Positions 8,734-19,075 of a stretch of DNA of 64,000 nt are shown here, piece by piece. The position numbers and the translations under genes were made by a program. This DNA is from Candidatus Aminicenantaceae bacterium (lineage in GTDB: Bacteria > Acidobacteriota > Aminicenantia > Aminicenantales > Aminicenantaceae). Every line of letters begins with the position of its first letter. The stretch's first letter is position 1. Location: contig JBGVTE010000141.1 in the NCBI GenBank assembly GCA_041862375.1, forward strand, positions 6,465-70,464, given 5' to 3'. The notes beneath the pieces are model-generated. The model searched no databases. It saw nothing but the letters and a program-made list of their open reading frames with translations, and was not told the DNA's origin.

Positions 8734-10401
8734 CTATCTCAGGGTTCCTTCGTAGTGAGCTGTCAATTGCCGTTTTTTTACATCTTCTGGTGTGTAAGAA
8801 GGTAGAAGAACTGGTGCAATTCGGTCTGTTTTGATTTTTGCTTTTTTCAGTTCATCCTCGTAATTTTGGATATGCTCTAGTGTTAGTTTGCTGAGTTTTA
8901 CAGATTTTGCATATTCAGCAGCATGTTTCCCGGCTCGGCGTCCAAACACGTTATAGTCAAGGACAGAATTTCCCATTAGTCGATTTCGTCCGTGCACTCC
9001 GCCTGAAGCTTCTCCTGCTACAAAGAGACCTGGAATGTTAGTTTCACATTTTTCGTTTATCTCGATTCCGCCATTCTGATAATGAAGAGAGGGATAGACG
9101 AGCATGGGTTCTTTAGTGATGTCAATACCGTAGCGGATAAATTGGCGATGCATTGCCGGAAATTGTTTGTTTATATAACCTTCTCCCTGAAGCATTTCAA
9201 TAAGGGGTGAGTCGAGCCAAACACCGAGGCGCCTACTCGGAGTTTCAATGCCATTTTTTCTTTCTAAGCATTCCCTTATGAATGCAGAACTCTCTACATC
9301 TCTTGGTTCACGCGGAAAGACAAAAAGCTCTCCAAGTTTATTGAGAGGCTGTCCACCTGCTCCCCTTATTTTTTCGGTGATTAGAAAACCTGCTATCTGT
9401 TCCGGAAAAGCTGCACCTGTGGGATGGTATTGCACAGAATCCATGTAAAGAAGCTGTGCTCCTGCTCGATAGGCCATGACAAGGCCGTCTCCCGTGGCAC
9501 CGTAGTGGTTTGTTGTATCAAATCCTCTTATATGAAGCCTGCCGTAGCCTCCTGTCGCAATAATCGTAGCCTTGGCTTTGACAGTAAAGTATTCTTCTGT
9601 TTCGAGGTTGTAGAGAATACCTCCTGAACACTGGCCTTTACTGTCCATTATTAATTCGACTATGGGCATGAATTCTAGAATTGTAATTTTATCGGAGTGA
9701 TTTCTTACTTCATCCATCAGAGTCCGCATGATAACTGCACCTGTATAATCGCGGCAGGAGTGCATCCTTTTCCTTGAAGTTCCGCCTCCGTGGAGAACCT
9801 GTAAGGAACCGTCTTCCAACTTGTCCCAAACTACGCCTAGGTCTTCGAGCCATTTGACTACTTCAGGCCCGTCTTCAGTAAGGGCACGAACGAGCTCAGG
9901 CTTGTTATCAAAATGACCTCCTCCGATTGCATCTAAGTAGTGACGAGTAGGGGAGTCTTGAGCAGTAACAGCTGCTTGCATTCCTCCTTGAGACATCATG
10001 GAATTGGCATCACCCAATCGAAGTTTTGTGGAAATAATTGACTTAGCTCCGTTTTGCATGGCAATGATAGCAGCTGCACATCCTGCACCTCCTCCTCCAA
10101 TGATTAAAATATCTGTTTCATAGTCAGTGCGCGCTAAATCAAATAACTCAGGCTTGATTCTTGAATGAGACTCTAACATATCCGCTACTTCTGTGGTAAC
10201 TAATTCCCCTTTATCTGGACCTATTCTTATTTTGCGTCTTGAATCAGGTTTATAGTCAGGATGAAACTTATTAAGAACTTCCTCTCTTTCTTCGGCACTC
10301 ATCGGAGGGAAAACAGGTTTTCCTGACGTTGCGAGTTCAAACCTCTTATTACGGGTTTGGGCGACTTTTTTCAGTGATTCATTCATGTAATCTGGATACA
10401 T
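8734..10401 (-). CDS. soluble fumarate reductase / succinate dehydrogenase flavoprotein-like FAD protein (FrdA/NadB superfamily)
   Basis: Rossmann motif 'ILIIGGGGAGCAAA', then 'YHPTG', 'ITEKIRGAGG' and 'HGRNRLMGNS'. There is no His at the covalent-FAD position ('ANSMMSQGG'). About 95 aa of N-terminal extension precede the FAD fold. Confidence 0.75.
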   Translation of the reverse strand: MYPDYMNESLKKVAQTRNKRFELATSGKPVFPPMSAEEREEVLNKFHPDYKPDSRRKIRIGPDKGELVTTEVADMLESHSRIKPELFDLARTDYETDILIIGGGGAGCAAAIIAMQNGAKSIISTKLRLGDANSMMSQGGMQAAVTAQDSPTRHYLDAIGGGHFDNKPELVRALTEDGPEVVKWLEDLGVVWDKLEDGSLQVLHGGGTSRKRMHSCRDYTGAVIMRTLMDEVRNHSDKITILEFMPIVELIMDSKGQCSGGILYNLETEEYFTVKAKATIIATGGYGRLHIRGFDTTNHYGATGDGLVMAYRAGAQLLYMDSVQYHPTGAAFPEQIAGFLITEKIRGAGGQPLNKLGELFVFPREPRDVESSAFIRECLERKNGIETPSRRLGVWLDSPLIEMLQGEGYINKQFPAMHRQFIRYGIDITKEPMLVYPSLHYQNGGIEINEKCETNIPGLFVAGEASGGVHGRNRLMGNSVLDYNVFGRRAGKHAAEYAKSVKLSKLTLEHIQNYEDELKKAKIKTDRIAPVLLPSYTPEDVKKRQLTAHYEGTLR

Positions 10402-10469
10402 CTGACACTCCTTATTAAGTTGCGAGCGACCCCTTTTTCTGTCATGTTGCTTTGGGTCAAATCCATTTT

Positions 10470-11213
10470 TTATTCCACGTCTCTATCGTAGTATTTCTTT
10501 TTTAATTCTTCTTTTTTCATATTAATGAATTCTTTGTATTCTTTATTATATTCATGCTTTTTTATTTCTTTTATTCTCTTTTTTAGTTGCTTGCTTTCCT
10601 TAGATAAATATTTCCCGAAGAGTCTTCTTGCGAGTAGACCGACATTATACTGTACTATTTCCGCCGGACACCTAATGGCACACATTCCGCAGCTTAGGCA
10701 GTCAAAGGAAAGATCCATGACTTTTTCGATGTCTCCCCGCATAGCTGCTTGGATGTAGTCCATAACTTCCAAATCTTGAGGACAGGCCTTAGTACAGGTG
10801 TTGCAAGCAACACATCGGAAAACTTCAGGATAAAGTTCTTGGAATGTTGAGACATTTGGGTCAAGTTTGTTAATATCATAAATAGGTTTTTGTGCAGGGA
10901 TGGATGGTAACTGAGAAAGCCACATTCCTTCTTGAACGAGAGTTGTACAGGCAAGCCCAGTATAAATTTTATAATCATTAGGAAGTCGGTATACCGTAGC
11001 GCAAGCACCACAGAAACCTTCGCGGCACCCTGCACCTCTTTTTATTTGATAACCAGAGTACTCGATAGCTCCCATGATTGTTGATTCAGCTGGCACTTTA
11101 TGAGCTTTACCCATGATGAATACGGTTGCCATTTCTTTTTTTTGGTCTGCTTTTGTGGATTTAACTTTAGTTTTTTTTATGGACTTCCTTTGAACTGCTT
11201 TCTTTGTTGCCAT
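10470..11213 (-). CDS. FrdB/SdhB-like iron-sulfur subunit (2Fe-2S plus two Cys clusters) with Lys-rich tails
   Basis: 'CREGFCGACA' (2Fe-2S), 'CVACNTCTKACP' and 'CLSCGMCAIRCP'. AAAGGAG Shine-Dalgarno precedes ATG 11213. Confidence 0.7.
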   Translation of the reverse strand: MATKKAVQRKSIKKTKVKSTKADQKKEMATVFIMGKAHKVPAESTIMGAIEYSGYQIKRGAGCREGFCGACATVYRLPNDYKIYTGLACTTLVQEGMWLSQLPSIPAQKPIYDINKLDPNVSTFQELYPEVFRCVACNTCTKACPQDLEVMDYIQAAMRGDIEKVMDLSFDCLSCGMCAIRCPAEIVQYNVGLLARRLFGKYLSKESKQLKKRIKEIKKHEYNKEYKEFINMKKEELKKKYYDRDVE

Positions 11214-11228
11214 CGTTAATATCTCCTT

Positions 11229-12059
11229 TTAATATTCTTGCGGAAGTTCTTTAAGCTCGGCCCAGGAATAGACAGGACCATCTTTACAAACATAGTGTAA
11301 ACCTATGTTGCATCTTCCACATTTCCCAATGCCACATTTCATTTTATTCTCAACAGTTGTGTATATTTGTTCATCTTCGAAACCAAGAGCTTTTAGATTC
11401 TGGATGACGAATTTGATCATGATGGGAGGACCACAAGTGACAGTGATGGCATTTTTTGGAGAAGGTTTTTTATCCAGAACATTCAGGGGAACAAATCCCA
11501 CGAATTCTTCCCAGCCCGGCTCCTCAACATCCACGGAAAGATGGACCGTAATTTTTTTCCTGAGTTCTTCCAGTTCCTCTTTAAAGACGAGATCTTTAGA
11601 TGTCCGGGCTCCGTAAATGAGCATGAGGTCTCTGTAGTCTTCTTTTTTACCCAAAGCTGTGTTAAGCACTGACCAGATTGGAGCTAAACCTATACCCCCG
11701 CCGATAAAGATGAGGTTTTTTTCCTTCCAATCTTCAATGGGAAAACCATTACCGTAAGGACCTCTAATTCCTATGATATCTCCGTTTTGCATTTCATGAA
11801 GTGCAGAGGTAACTCTACCCATCTTCAAGATACTGAATTGAAGATAATCCTTTATAAGAGGGGAAGATGAGATGGAGATCATTGATTCTCCCTTGCCGAA
11901 AACAGAGAGCATAGCACACTGTCCACAGTGAAAGGAAAAATCGTTGTCTTTAAGGAACTTTATCCTGAAAGTCTTGATGGGCCTTAAGCCGCCCACTTCT
12001 TCCTTTGTTTCGATTATTTTTGCCAGTCTTGGAATATAAGTATTATGGTCCATTATCAC
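11229..12059 (-). CDS. FlxA-like FAD/NAD(P)-binding 2Fe-2S oxidoreductase (PyrK/HydG/AsrB family)
   Basis: 'IGGGIGLAPI' nucleotide-binding motif and C-terminal 'CGIGKCGRCN' cluster. Overlaps the upstream gene by 17 nt. Confidence 0.75.
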   Translation of the reverse strand: MIMDHNTYIPRLAKIIETKEEVGGLRPIKTFRIKFLKDNDFSFHCGQCAMLSVFGKGESMISISSSPLIKDYLQFSILKMGRVTSALHEMQNGDIIGIRGPYGNGFPIEDWKEKNLIFIGGGIGLAPIWSVLNTALGKKEDYRDLMLIYGARTSKDLVFKEELEELRKKITVHLSVDVEEPGWEEFVGFVPLNVLDKKPSPKNAITVTCGPPIMIKFVIQNLKALGFEDEQIYTTVENKMKCGIGKCGRCNIGLHYVCKDGPVYSWAELKELPQEY

Positions 12060-13083
12060 TCACCTTACTGAGGACTTCAATGATGTCTATTCCAACAGGA
12101 CATTTTGAAACGCATCTTCCACAGCCAGTACACTGATAACTTTTGTATCGTTCGACAAAATACTGAAATTTATGCAGGATTCTCTGGCGTAGGCGGGAGG
12201 ACCTATCTGGCCTGGGATTATGCCCAGAAGAGTGCATAGTAAAATCAGGAAACTGACAGTTGTCCCACGTTCTCACTCTCTTCCCTTTAAGTGGGGAGGA
12301 AGTGGTAACTTCGTCATTGATATCAAAGCAATGACATGTGGGACATAGATATGTGCATATACCACATCGAATACAGCTCAGAGATTCTTCATTCCAGAAA
12401 GGCACCTCAAACATCTCCTTGAGTTTAGGAGGTATCTTTTTTATTCCAGTGATTTGTCTTTTGATTTTTTTCTCTGAATCAGCTTTTATTTTATCTGCGT
12501 CTTTCTTATCTTTTTCTTTAGGCGTCTGGAATATTTCTTTGGCTGCATTTATGAGTTGATTGCCTTTTTGTGTCAGTGACTCTACGATGTATTTATCTCC
12601 TAAATCAGTCATCAAGATGTCTAGCCCATCTTTGGAATGAGGAGAACCATCGACTGAAAGACAGAAGCAGTTGGGAGATGGGGGAGAGCTACAGGTAAGT
12701 CCAACAAGAATTGTTGAGTTTCTTCTCTTAAAGTAATAAAGATCTTCAAAGTCACCTCCAAAAACTTTATCCATCAGAGTAAGAGCTTTTGCATCGCACG
12801 GTCTCACGCCAAAGATTACAGCAGGTCTTTCCTCAGGGAGAACTTCTGTGACCTGAATGCCTTCTTCGTTTGAAGAGTTAAACTCGAGAAGGATTTCTCT
12901 CTGGGGAAAAATAATTTTCTTAAGAGAGAGGACTGTAGTAAGATAATCCAGGTCTATGCTTTGAAGATTATCAGTGAGCTCATAGTTCCAGAGATCATCC
13001 TTATTCACAGGCGCATATATCGCATAAGTTGTAAGTTTTTTTACCCAGTGAGGGAAGGATATTTTTGGTAGTATTTTTTCCAT
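12043..13083 (-). CDS. FlxB-like 4Fe-4S protein (sulfhydrogenase beta / AsrA family); start trimmed to ATG 13083
   Basis: 'CIRCGICTYLCPTCHC' and 'CTGCGRCVSKCP'. The track ORF runs to 13197, but that extension overlaps the upstream gene by 110 nt. 'MEKILPK' starts 4 nt after the upstream stop. Confidence 0.7.
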   Translation of the reverse strand: MEKILPKISFPHWVKKLTTYAIYAPVNKDDLWNYELTDNLQSIDLDYLTTVLSLKKIIFPQREILLEFNSSNEEGIQVTEVLPEERPAVIFGVRPCDAKALTLMDKVFGGDFEDLYYFKRRNSTILVGLTCSSPPSPNCFCLSVDGSPHSKDGLDILMTDLGDKYIVESLTQKGNQLINAAKEIFQTPKEKDKKDADKIKADSEKKIKRQITGIKKIPPKLKEMFEVPFWNEESLSCIRCGICTYLCPTCHCFDINDEVTTSSPLKGKRVRTWDNCQFPDFTMHSSGHNPRPDRSSRLRQRILHKFQYFVERYKSYQCTGCGRCVSKCPVGIDIIEVLSKVSDNGP

Positions 13084-13087
13084 TGTT

Positions 13088-14119
13088 TTACCTGATAAAA
13101 TCTTCTGGATCTTCATCCTTAAAACATGAAACAAGAGAGGGCTGATCAGAGTCAAAGCCAGCCTCATAGTTAAAGAGCTCTTTGGCTTCCTTTTCAAGTT
13201 TTTTATTCAAGAGCCTGATTGGTATATCAAGGGGACATACCCTTTCACATTCCCCACAATCAATACAGCGACCTGCGAGATGAATAGCTCTGACAAAGTG
13301 ATACACAAAATTTTCTGAAAAAGCAGGGGATTTCTCCACCCATTTTATTTTTTGTGCTTTTTCATCCGCAGTAGTATCAGCTGTAACAGCAAAATTTATA
13401 GTGTCAATTACGCATTCATCACAATAGCACATAGGACAAACAGACCGGCAGGCATAACAGCGAATGCATTTATCAAGCTGTTTTTTCCAGAAAGCCCACT
13501 TTTCCTCTCTAGGTATTGCTTCGATTTTCTCAATGGATTTAAAAGGATCATCCAATTTTTTACTGACCTTTTCTCCAAGAAAGACATCATACACAACTGG
13601 ATAATTAGCCTTGCATTCAAGACATCTTTCAGCGAGCATCTCTTTAACGGGAATTTCAATTTTAGCTTCTTCAGTAGTAATGACAAAATTATCATTTTTA
13701 CTAAACTCTATGTTTTTGGCTTCTTTGCCTTTCAATTTTTTATTGAGTTTTTTCTCATCTAGAACTCCAGCGTGTTCGCAGGATACGCCGATGAGAAAAA
13801 CATCATCTCGGTTTATGAATTTCTCTTGCAGCAAGACATTAATTGCTCGGCTGTCACAACCTTTTACAATGAGTCCCACAGGTCTTTCATCAGGTTTCTT
13901 TTCTCGAGCTTTGCTTCTTTTTTCATCAACGAGATAACGGCTGAGATTGTGAATGCAGGAAGGATCCCAGATTAATTTCTCAACATCCTCAGCACTTCTT
14001 ATAAAAGCCGGAATTGGAAGGGAACTGTTTGTCCCTCGCTTATACCCGATGACGTATTTTACTTTTCCTTCCTCAAGAATTTTTTTTACTTCTTTTTTTA
14101 GGTCTTCGAGGCTTACCAT
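13088..14119 (-). CDS. FlxC-like 4Fe-4S cluster protein
   Basis: 'CIRCYACRSVCPMCYC' and 'CIDCGECERVCP'. Its start overlaps the mvhD-like stop by 1 nt (TAATG). Confidence 0.65.
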   Translation of the reverse strand: MVSLEDLKKEVKKILEEGKVKYVIGYKRGTNSSLPIPAFIRSAEDVEKLIWDPSCIHNLSRYLVDEKRSKAREKKPDERPVGLIVKGCDSRAINVLLQEKFINRDDVFLIGVSCEHAGVLDEKKLNKKLKGKEAKNIEFSKNDNFVITTEEAKIEIPVKEMLAERCLECKANYPVVYDVFLGEKVSKKLDDPFKSIEKIEAIPREEKWAFWKKQLDKCIRCYACRSVCPMCYCDECVIDTINFAVTADTTADEKAQKIKWVEKSPAFSENFVYHFVRAIHLAGRCIDCGECERVCPLDIPIRLLNKKLEKEAKELFNYEAGFDSDQPSLVSCFKDEDPEDFIR

Positions 14120-14541
14120 TATTGCTCTCTCCTCAGCTTTGTTTGAGGACCAAGTGACTTGAGTTCTTTTACAAAGTCTTTGATTATTTGAGTATATTTT
14201 GTACCTTCAGCTGCCGATATCCAAGACATCTGGAAACGCTGTGGTTCGAGACCGATATATTCTAGAAGTTTTTTGACAAATGCTATCCGTCGTCGGGCAT
14301 AATAATTACCTTTTATATAGTGGCAGTCACCTGGATGACAGCCTGATACTAAGACTCCGTCTGCTCCTTTGTTAAAGGCATCCAGTATGTATAAGGGGGA
14401 GACACTTCCTGAGCACATAACAGTAATGGGGACAACATTAGATGGATACTCCATGCGGGACACACCTGCAAGATCACTCCCAGCTGAAGAGCACCATTTG
14501 CAGAGAAACGCGACTAATTTTGGTTCAAACTCATCTCCCAT
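14119..14541 (-). CDS. MvhD/FlxD-like protein (methyl-viologen-reducing hydrogenase delta subunit family)
   Basis: 'VAFLCKWCSSAG' and 'VSGCHPGDCHY'. 140 aa, 2 nt downstream of hdrA. Confidence 0.85.
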   Translation of the reverse strand: MGDEFEPKLVAFLCKWCSSAGSDLAGVSRMEYPSNVVPITVMCSGSVSPLYILDAFNKGADGVLVSGCHPGDCHYIKGNYYARRRIAFVKKLLEYIGLEPQRFQMSWISAAEGTKYTQIIKDFVKELKSLGPQTKLRREQ

Positions 14542-14543
14542 TA

Positions 14544-16490
14544 TCAGCCTCCAAGTGATGCCCTTATCATTTCATGAATTTGTAACGGAGTCAGGTTTAT
14601 GACTTTTATAGCTGCTCTTAAGCACGTAGCTGAGCAGGTTCCACATCCTTCACACAGGACTTCATTCACTTCGACTTTTCCTTCTTTTAGTGAAAGAGCG
14701 TCATAAGGACAAACATGAACACACATTCCACAACCTGTACAGAGGTTCATTTCAACTTTAGCTACAGTGGGAGCATGATAAAGTCTATCTTGGGATAGTA
14801 TAGAAATAGCTTTAGCAGCTGCACCGCTTGCTTGCGCTACAGCTTCAGGAATATCTTTAGGAGCTTGAGCTGCTCCTGCTAGGAACAATCCAGATGTTAC
14901 ACTTTCAACAGGTCTAAGCTTAGGATGTGCTTCTGAAAGAAAGCCATCCTTATCCATGGCAATTTTAAGTTTCTTAGCCAGCTCTTCTGCTCCCCTGGAT
15001 GGACGCATAGCAGTAGCCAGTACAACCATATCAGCATTGATCTCGATATCTTTTCCGATGAGTGTGTCAACTCCCCAGACTTTGATCTTTCCCTTATCAT
15101 CGAAAATTTTTGAAACTTTACCACGAAGGTAAAGAACTCCGTCCTCTTCTACTGCTCTCTGAACAAATTCCTCGTAGCCCTTTCCACCTGATCTGATATC
15201 AATATAGAAGATATACGCTTGGCCATCAGGGACATGATGTTTATAGAGCATAGCATGTTTGGCTGTGTACATGCAGCATATTTTTGAGCAGTAGGCGCAG
15301 TGAAGTTCGGGATCGCGGGAACCGACGCACTGGATGAAGACAACCTCTTTTGGCTCCTTATGATCTGAAGGCCTGAGTATCTTTCCCATTGTCGGGCCAG
15401 AGGCAGAACAGAGTCTCTCAAACTGGAGACCATCGAGGACATCTGAATATTTTCCATATCCATACTCAGCCATCATCTTTTTATCATAGAGGTCATATCC
15501 AGTAGCAACTATTATTGCTCCTACATCTTCCTCGACGATTTCTGGTTTCATATCATAATCAATGGCTTCTGGTTCACAGACATCTGCGCATTTCCCGCAG
15601 GCAATAGGGAGTAAGCCAGGACACCCTTTTATATCAAGTGTATACGTTGCTGGAATAGCTTGGGGGAAAGGAATATAAATGGCCCGCCGTCCTGTTAAGC
15701 CAATATCAAATTCGTTAGGTACTACAACAGGGCAGACTTTGGTGCATTCATCACAGAGAGTACATTTGTCTGGGTAAACATACGTGGGGTGTTTTAGAAT
15801 TTTGACTTTAAAATTTCCTACATAACCAGAGACCTCTTGGACTTCACTGTAAGTTAAGAGTTTGATTTGAGGGTGTTTTGATACTTCCACCATTTTTGGC
15901 GTGAGAATACACTGGGAACAATCGAGTGTAGGGAAGGTTTCAGATAGCTGGATCATGTGGCCTCCTATAGAAGGAGACCTTTCTACCAAGATTACTTCAA
16001 AGCCACTGTTGGCTAAGTCTAATGCAGCTTGGATGCCTGCGATTCCGCCACCGATAACCAAGGCTCTCCGGGTTACTGGAATGCTTATTGGATCCAAAGA
16101 TTCATTCCTTCGAACTCTTTTAACAGCACTTTTTGTAATTTTTATTGCTTTCTCTGTTGCTTTTTCAATATCTTTATGGACCCAACTGCATTGTTCACGG
16201 ATATTAGCGATCTCGCATTGAAAAAGATTAATCCCAGCTGATTTGGAAGCGTTCCTGAAGGTTGTTTCATGGAGGGTAGGGGAGCAACAGGCAACAACCA
16301 CACTATCCAGCTTTTTTTCATTTATGGCATCTATGATAAGGTTCTGACCTGGATCAGAACATACATAAACGTAATCTTCAGAATGGATGACTCCTGGATA
16401 TCTAGATAGCTCTTCAGAGACACGCTTGACATCCACAGTTCCTGCAATGTTTATGCCGCAGTGGCATATAAAAACTCCTGTCCGTTTCAT
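14544..16490 (-). CDS. hdrA: heterodisulfide reductase subunit A-like flavoprotein
   Basis: N-terminal 'GVFICHCGINIAG', 'VIGGGIAGIQAALDLA', and C-terminal ferredoxin clusters 'CTGCGMCVHVCP' and 'CEGCGTCSATC'. Confidence 0.9.
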   Translation of the reverse strand: MKRTGVFICHCGINIAGTVDVKRVSEELSRYPGVIHSEDYVYVCSDPGQNLIIDAINEKKLDSVVVACCSPTLHETTFRNASKSAGINLFQCEIANIREQCSWVHKDIEKATEKAIKITKSAVKRVRRNESLDPISIPVTRRALVIGGGIAGIQAALDLANSGFEVILVERSPSIGGHMIQLSETFPTLDCSQCILTPKMVEVSKHPQIKLLTYSEVQEVSGYVGNFKVKILKHPTYVYPDKCTLCDECTKVCPVVVPNEFDIGLTGRRAIYIPFPQAIPATYTLDIKGCPGLLPIACGKCADVCEPEAIDYDMKPEIVEEDVGAIIVATGYDLYDKKMMAEYGYGKYSDVLDGLQFERLCSASGPTMGKILRPSDHKEPKEVVFIQCVGSRDPELHCAYCSKICCMYTAKHAMLYKHHVPDGQAYIFYIDIRSGGKGYEEFVQRAVEEDGVLYLRGKVSKIFDDKGKIKVWGVDTLIGKDIEINADMVVLATAMRPSRGAEELAKKLKIAMDKDGFLSEAHPKLRPVESVTSGLFLAGAAQAPKDIPEAVAQASGAAAKAISILSQDRLYHAPTVAKVEMNLCTGCGMCVHVCPYDALSLKEGKVEVNEVLCEGCGTCSATCLRAAIKVINLTPLQIHEMIRASLGG

Positions 16491-17059
16491 TTTTTCCCCT
16501 TTTTCTCTTCAGATGAAATTTTCTTGCCGTATTCATACCCTTTATCAAATGCTCGTATGTTAAGGTCGAGAAATCTTCCAGGAACTAATCCAGGGAGCGC
16601 TTTTTTTATAGCTTCTGGGGAAACGATTTTAGTAACAGCAGAGAAAAATCCTAGCATGACGAGGTTTGCTATGATTCGATTCCCTAGCTCTTCTGCAAAC
16701 CGTGTGGATGGAATAGCATACATTTTAATCTTCCCTCGAGGAGGCTTGGCCCTAACTAAATCTTTGTCGATGATGAGGATTCCATTGTCCTTCAATTCTG
16801 GCTCGTATTTATCATAGGCTTCTTGGGACATGGAAACGAGAATTTCTGGGATTGTGATATAGGGGTAGAGAACTCTGTCATCAGAAACAACGAGTTGGCT
16901 GCTACAGGCGCTTCCTCGTGCCTCAGGACCAAAACTCTGGGTCATCGTGGCTTGTTTATTATCAAAGAGGGCAAGGGCCTTTCCTGTGATAAGGCCACAC
17001 CGGATAATCCCTTGGCCGCCAAAGCCAGAAAATCTAATCTCAGCCATTGTTTTCTCCAT
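16487..17059 (-). CDS. korC: 2-oxoacid:ferredoxin oxidoreductase gamma subunit
   Basis: 'FSGFGGQGI'. 190 aa. 4-nt overlap with hdrA and 20-nt overlap with the beta subunit. Substrate is not determinable from sequence. Confidence 0.8.
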   Translation of the reverse strand: MEKTMAEIRFSGFGGQGIIRCGLITGKALALFDNKQATMTQSFGPEARGSACSSQLVVSDDRVLYPYITIPEILVSMSQEAYDKYEPELKDNGILIIDKDLVRAKPPRGKIKMYAIPSTRFAEELGNRIIANLVMLGFFSAVTKIVSPEAIKKALPGLVPGRFLDLNIRAFDKGYEYGKKISSEEKKGKK

Positions 17060-17912
17060 AAGGTTGGTATTTATCTCCCAGTACTTTGGCGAGATGAGTA
17101 TTCATGCAATCCAAGAAAGTAGGTTTATCTTTTTCTACAAACTTTCCAACGATGAGTTTTCCTTGGTAACTTATATCAAGGGTTCTGGTGTCTGCTCCGT
17201 GCTGGATTTCAGATTTTTCATAGTAATATTTTAAAAGGTTCAGTCCATCACCTAGCCGATTCCTTCGGGCATAGAGAGTTACACAGGGAGTTATGACTTC
17301 AATGAAAGAGAAGCCCTTCCTTGCAAGAGCTTCTTGAATTGATTTAGTTACTCTTCTGAGATGAAGTGCAGTCCAGCGAGCTACATACGTTGCACCACTG
17401 GCTTCTGCTAAATAAGGAAGGTTGAAGGGATATTCAAAATTTCCATAAGGAGCAGTGGAGGCATTTGCGTCAATCGGAGTTGTAGCTGCAACTTGTCCGC
17501 CTGTCATGGCATAGTTAAAGTTATTCACACAGATAATTATGAGATCCATATTACGCCTTGCTGCATGAATAAAATGGTTACCTCCAATTCCTGCAATATC
17601 TCCATCACCGCTGAAGACGACTACTTTTAATTCAGGATTTGCCAATTTTAATCCAGTAGCAACAGGAATAGCCCGGCCATGGGTAGTGTGAATGGAATCC
17701 AGTTTAACGTACCCGGCAACCCTTCCAGTGCACCCTATTCCAGATAATATGGCAACTTTATCCAGGTCTAATTCGCTTTTACGCAGTGCTTCTGCAAATG
17801 AAGTAACAACAGTTCCTATTCCACAGCCAGGACACCAGATATGAGGTATCCTGTCCATTCTCAGGAAGCTTTCAATAGGGTTTTTTTCTTCGAGAAGATC
17901 TTCTTTCTTCAT
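17040..17912 (-). CDS. korB: 2-oxoacid:ferredoxin oxidoreductase beta (TPP-binding) subunit
   Basis: 'WCPGCGIG' and 'FSGDGDIAGIGGNH' TPP motif. Confidence 0.88.
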   Translation of the reverse strand: MKKEDLLEEKNPIESFLRMDRIPHIWCPGCGIGTVVTSFAEALRKSELDLDKVAILSGIGCTGRVAGYVKLDSIHTTHGRAIPVATGLKLANPELKVVVFSGDGDIAGIGGNHFIHAARRNMDLIIICVNNFNYAMTGGQVAATTPIDANASTAPYGNFEYPFNLPYLAEASGATYVARWTALHLRRVTKSIQEALARKGFSFIEVITPCVTLYARRNRLGDGLNLLKYYYEKSEIQHGADTRTLDISYQGKLIVGKFVEKDKPTFLDCMNTHLAKVLGDKYQPYGENNG

Positions 17913-19075
17913 TTTGAGGCCTCCTTGATTGCATTGAATATATCATCTGGATTATGGACCCAGCCGCCACAGTGAGGTACGGGGATAGCAGGAGCTCGGC
18001 CTGCAGCGCTTCTTTCAACCTCTAAGACAACCTGGCCGTAATTTATCTCTGGGACGACAAAAGCCTTCACTTTTTTTGACAGTTCATGTATCCTTTTTTC
18101 AGGGAAAGGCCAGACAGTGATAAGTCTGATTGTTCCAACTTTCATGCCAGCTTTTCTTGCTTTCTGGACTGCTCTTACGGCTACTCGTGATGTTATTCCG
18201 TAGGAAATGACGATAATCTCAGCAGTATCTGTCTCTTCTTCTTCAAGTTCAATAATTTTATCTGCTTGCATCGTTATTTTATCAACCAGATGGCGGACAC
18301 AAACATCTTGGAATTCAGCATTAATAGCCGGGTAGCCTCGTTCATCATGGGTTAATCCTGTGACATGGAAGTGATATCCATCTCCAACCTTGACCATAAA
18401 GGGAACCATATCTTTATCAGGCTTGAAAGGAAGGTATTTATCCTTTGGACCTTTGTACCACTTTCTCTCAACCAGCTCAATCTCTTCTGCTTGAGGGATA
18501 ACAACTTTCTCGTGCATGTGCCCCACACACTCATCTGCCATGACAAAAGCTGGAATCCGGTAAATCTCAGATAGATTGAAGGCTTTTATAGTAAGATCAA
18601 AGCATTCCTGAGGAGAATCGGGTGAGAGGGCGATGATTTCATAGTCTCCATGTGATCCCCATTTTACCTGCATCATGTCCTGCTGTCCTGTTAATGTTGG
18701 AAGTCCTGTTGATGGGCCTCCTCTTTGGACATTGGCAATAACAAGAGGAGTTTCTAACATGCAAGCTAATCCTATGTTCTCCATCATTAAAGAAAAACCA
18801 GGCCCAGATGTTACAGTCATAGCTTTCTTCCCCCCCCAGGAGGCTCCTATTAAAGCTGCAATTGAAGCGAGTTCGTCTTCCATCTGGATGAAGACGCCTC
18901 CTACGGTGGGTATCCTCTCAGAAAATCTTTCAGCTGTCTCGGTAGAGGGAGTAATGGGATAGCCAGCAAAAAATCGGCAGCCAGCCGCAAGAGCCCCTTC
19001 AGCAATAGCATAGTCTCCGTCAAGATAGTGGGCTCCCGTTAAAACTCCTTTAGGGTCTGCTTTCACCTTTTTCAC
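17909..19075 (-). CDS. korA: 2-oxoacid:ferredoxin oxidoreductase alpha subunit
   Basis: '[24 protein letters not shown]'. 388 aa. Confidence 0.88.
   Translation of the reverse strand: MKKVKADPKGVLTGAHYLDGDYAIAEGALAAGCRFFAGYPITPSTETAERFSERIPTVGGVFIQMEDELASIAALIGASWGGKKAMTVTSGPGFSLMMENIGLACMLETPLVIANVQRGGPSTGLPTLTGQQDMMQVKWGSHGDYEIIALSPDSPQECFDLTIKAFNLSEIYRIPAFVMADECVGHMHEKVVIPQAEEIELVERKWYKGPKDKYLPFKPDKDMVPFMVKVGDGYHFHVTGLTHDERGYPAINAEFQDVCVRHLVDKITMQADKIIELEEEETDTAEIIVISYGITSRVAVRAVQKARKAGMKVGTIRLITVWPFPEKRIHELSKKVKAFVVPEINYGQVVLEVERSAAGRAPAIPVPHCGGWVHNPDDIFNAIKEASK

Noticed and set aside
10694-11035. 113-aa alternative-frame ORF on the minus strand within the FrdB-like gene
   Set aside because: The overlapping frame carries recognisable 2Fe-2S and 4Fe-4S Cys motifs, whereas this frame has none.
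13084-13197. N-terminal 38-codon extension of the flxB-like ORF
   Set aside because: It overlaps the upstream gene by 110 nt. ATG 13083 lies 4 nt after the upstream stop, and the extension has no Fe-S protein character.
13352-14162. Several 67-136 aa ORFs on the plus strand, plus a minus-strand alternative frame, inside the flxC-like gene
   Set aside because: They lie entirely within a well-supported Fe-S protein CDS. Their translations are low complexity and Phe/Ser/Ile-rich, typical of antisense frames in AT-rich DNA.
14119-16490. Possible selenocysteine recoding in hdrA or mvhD, as seen in some methanogens
   Set aside because: Both ORFs are uninterrupted with Cys at the relevant positions. 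There is no in-frame TGA and no SECIS-like hairpin.
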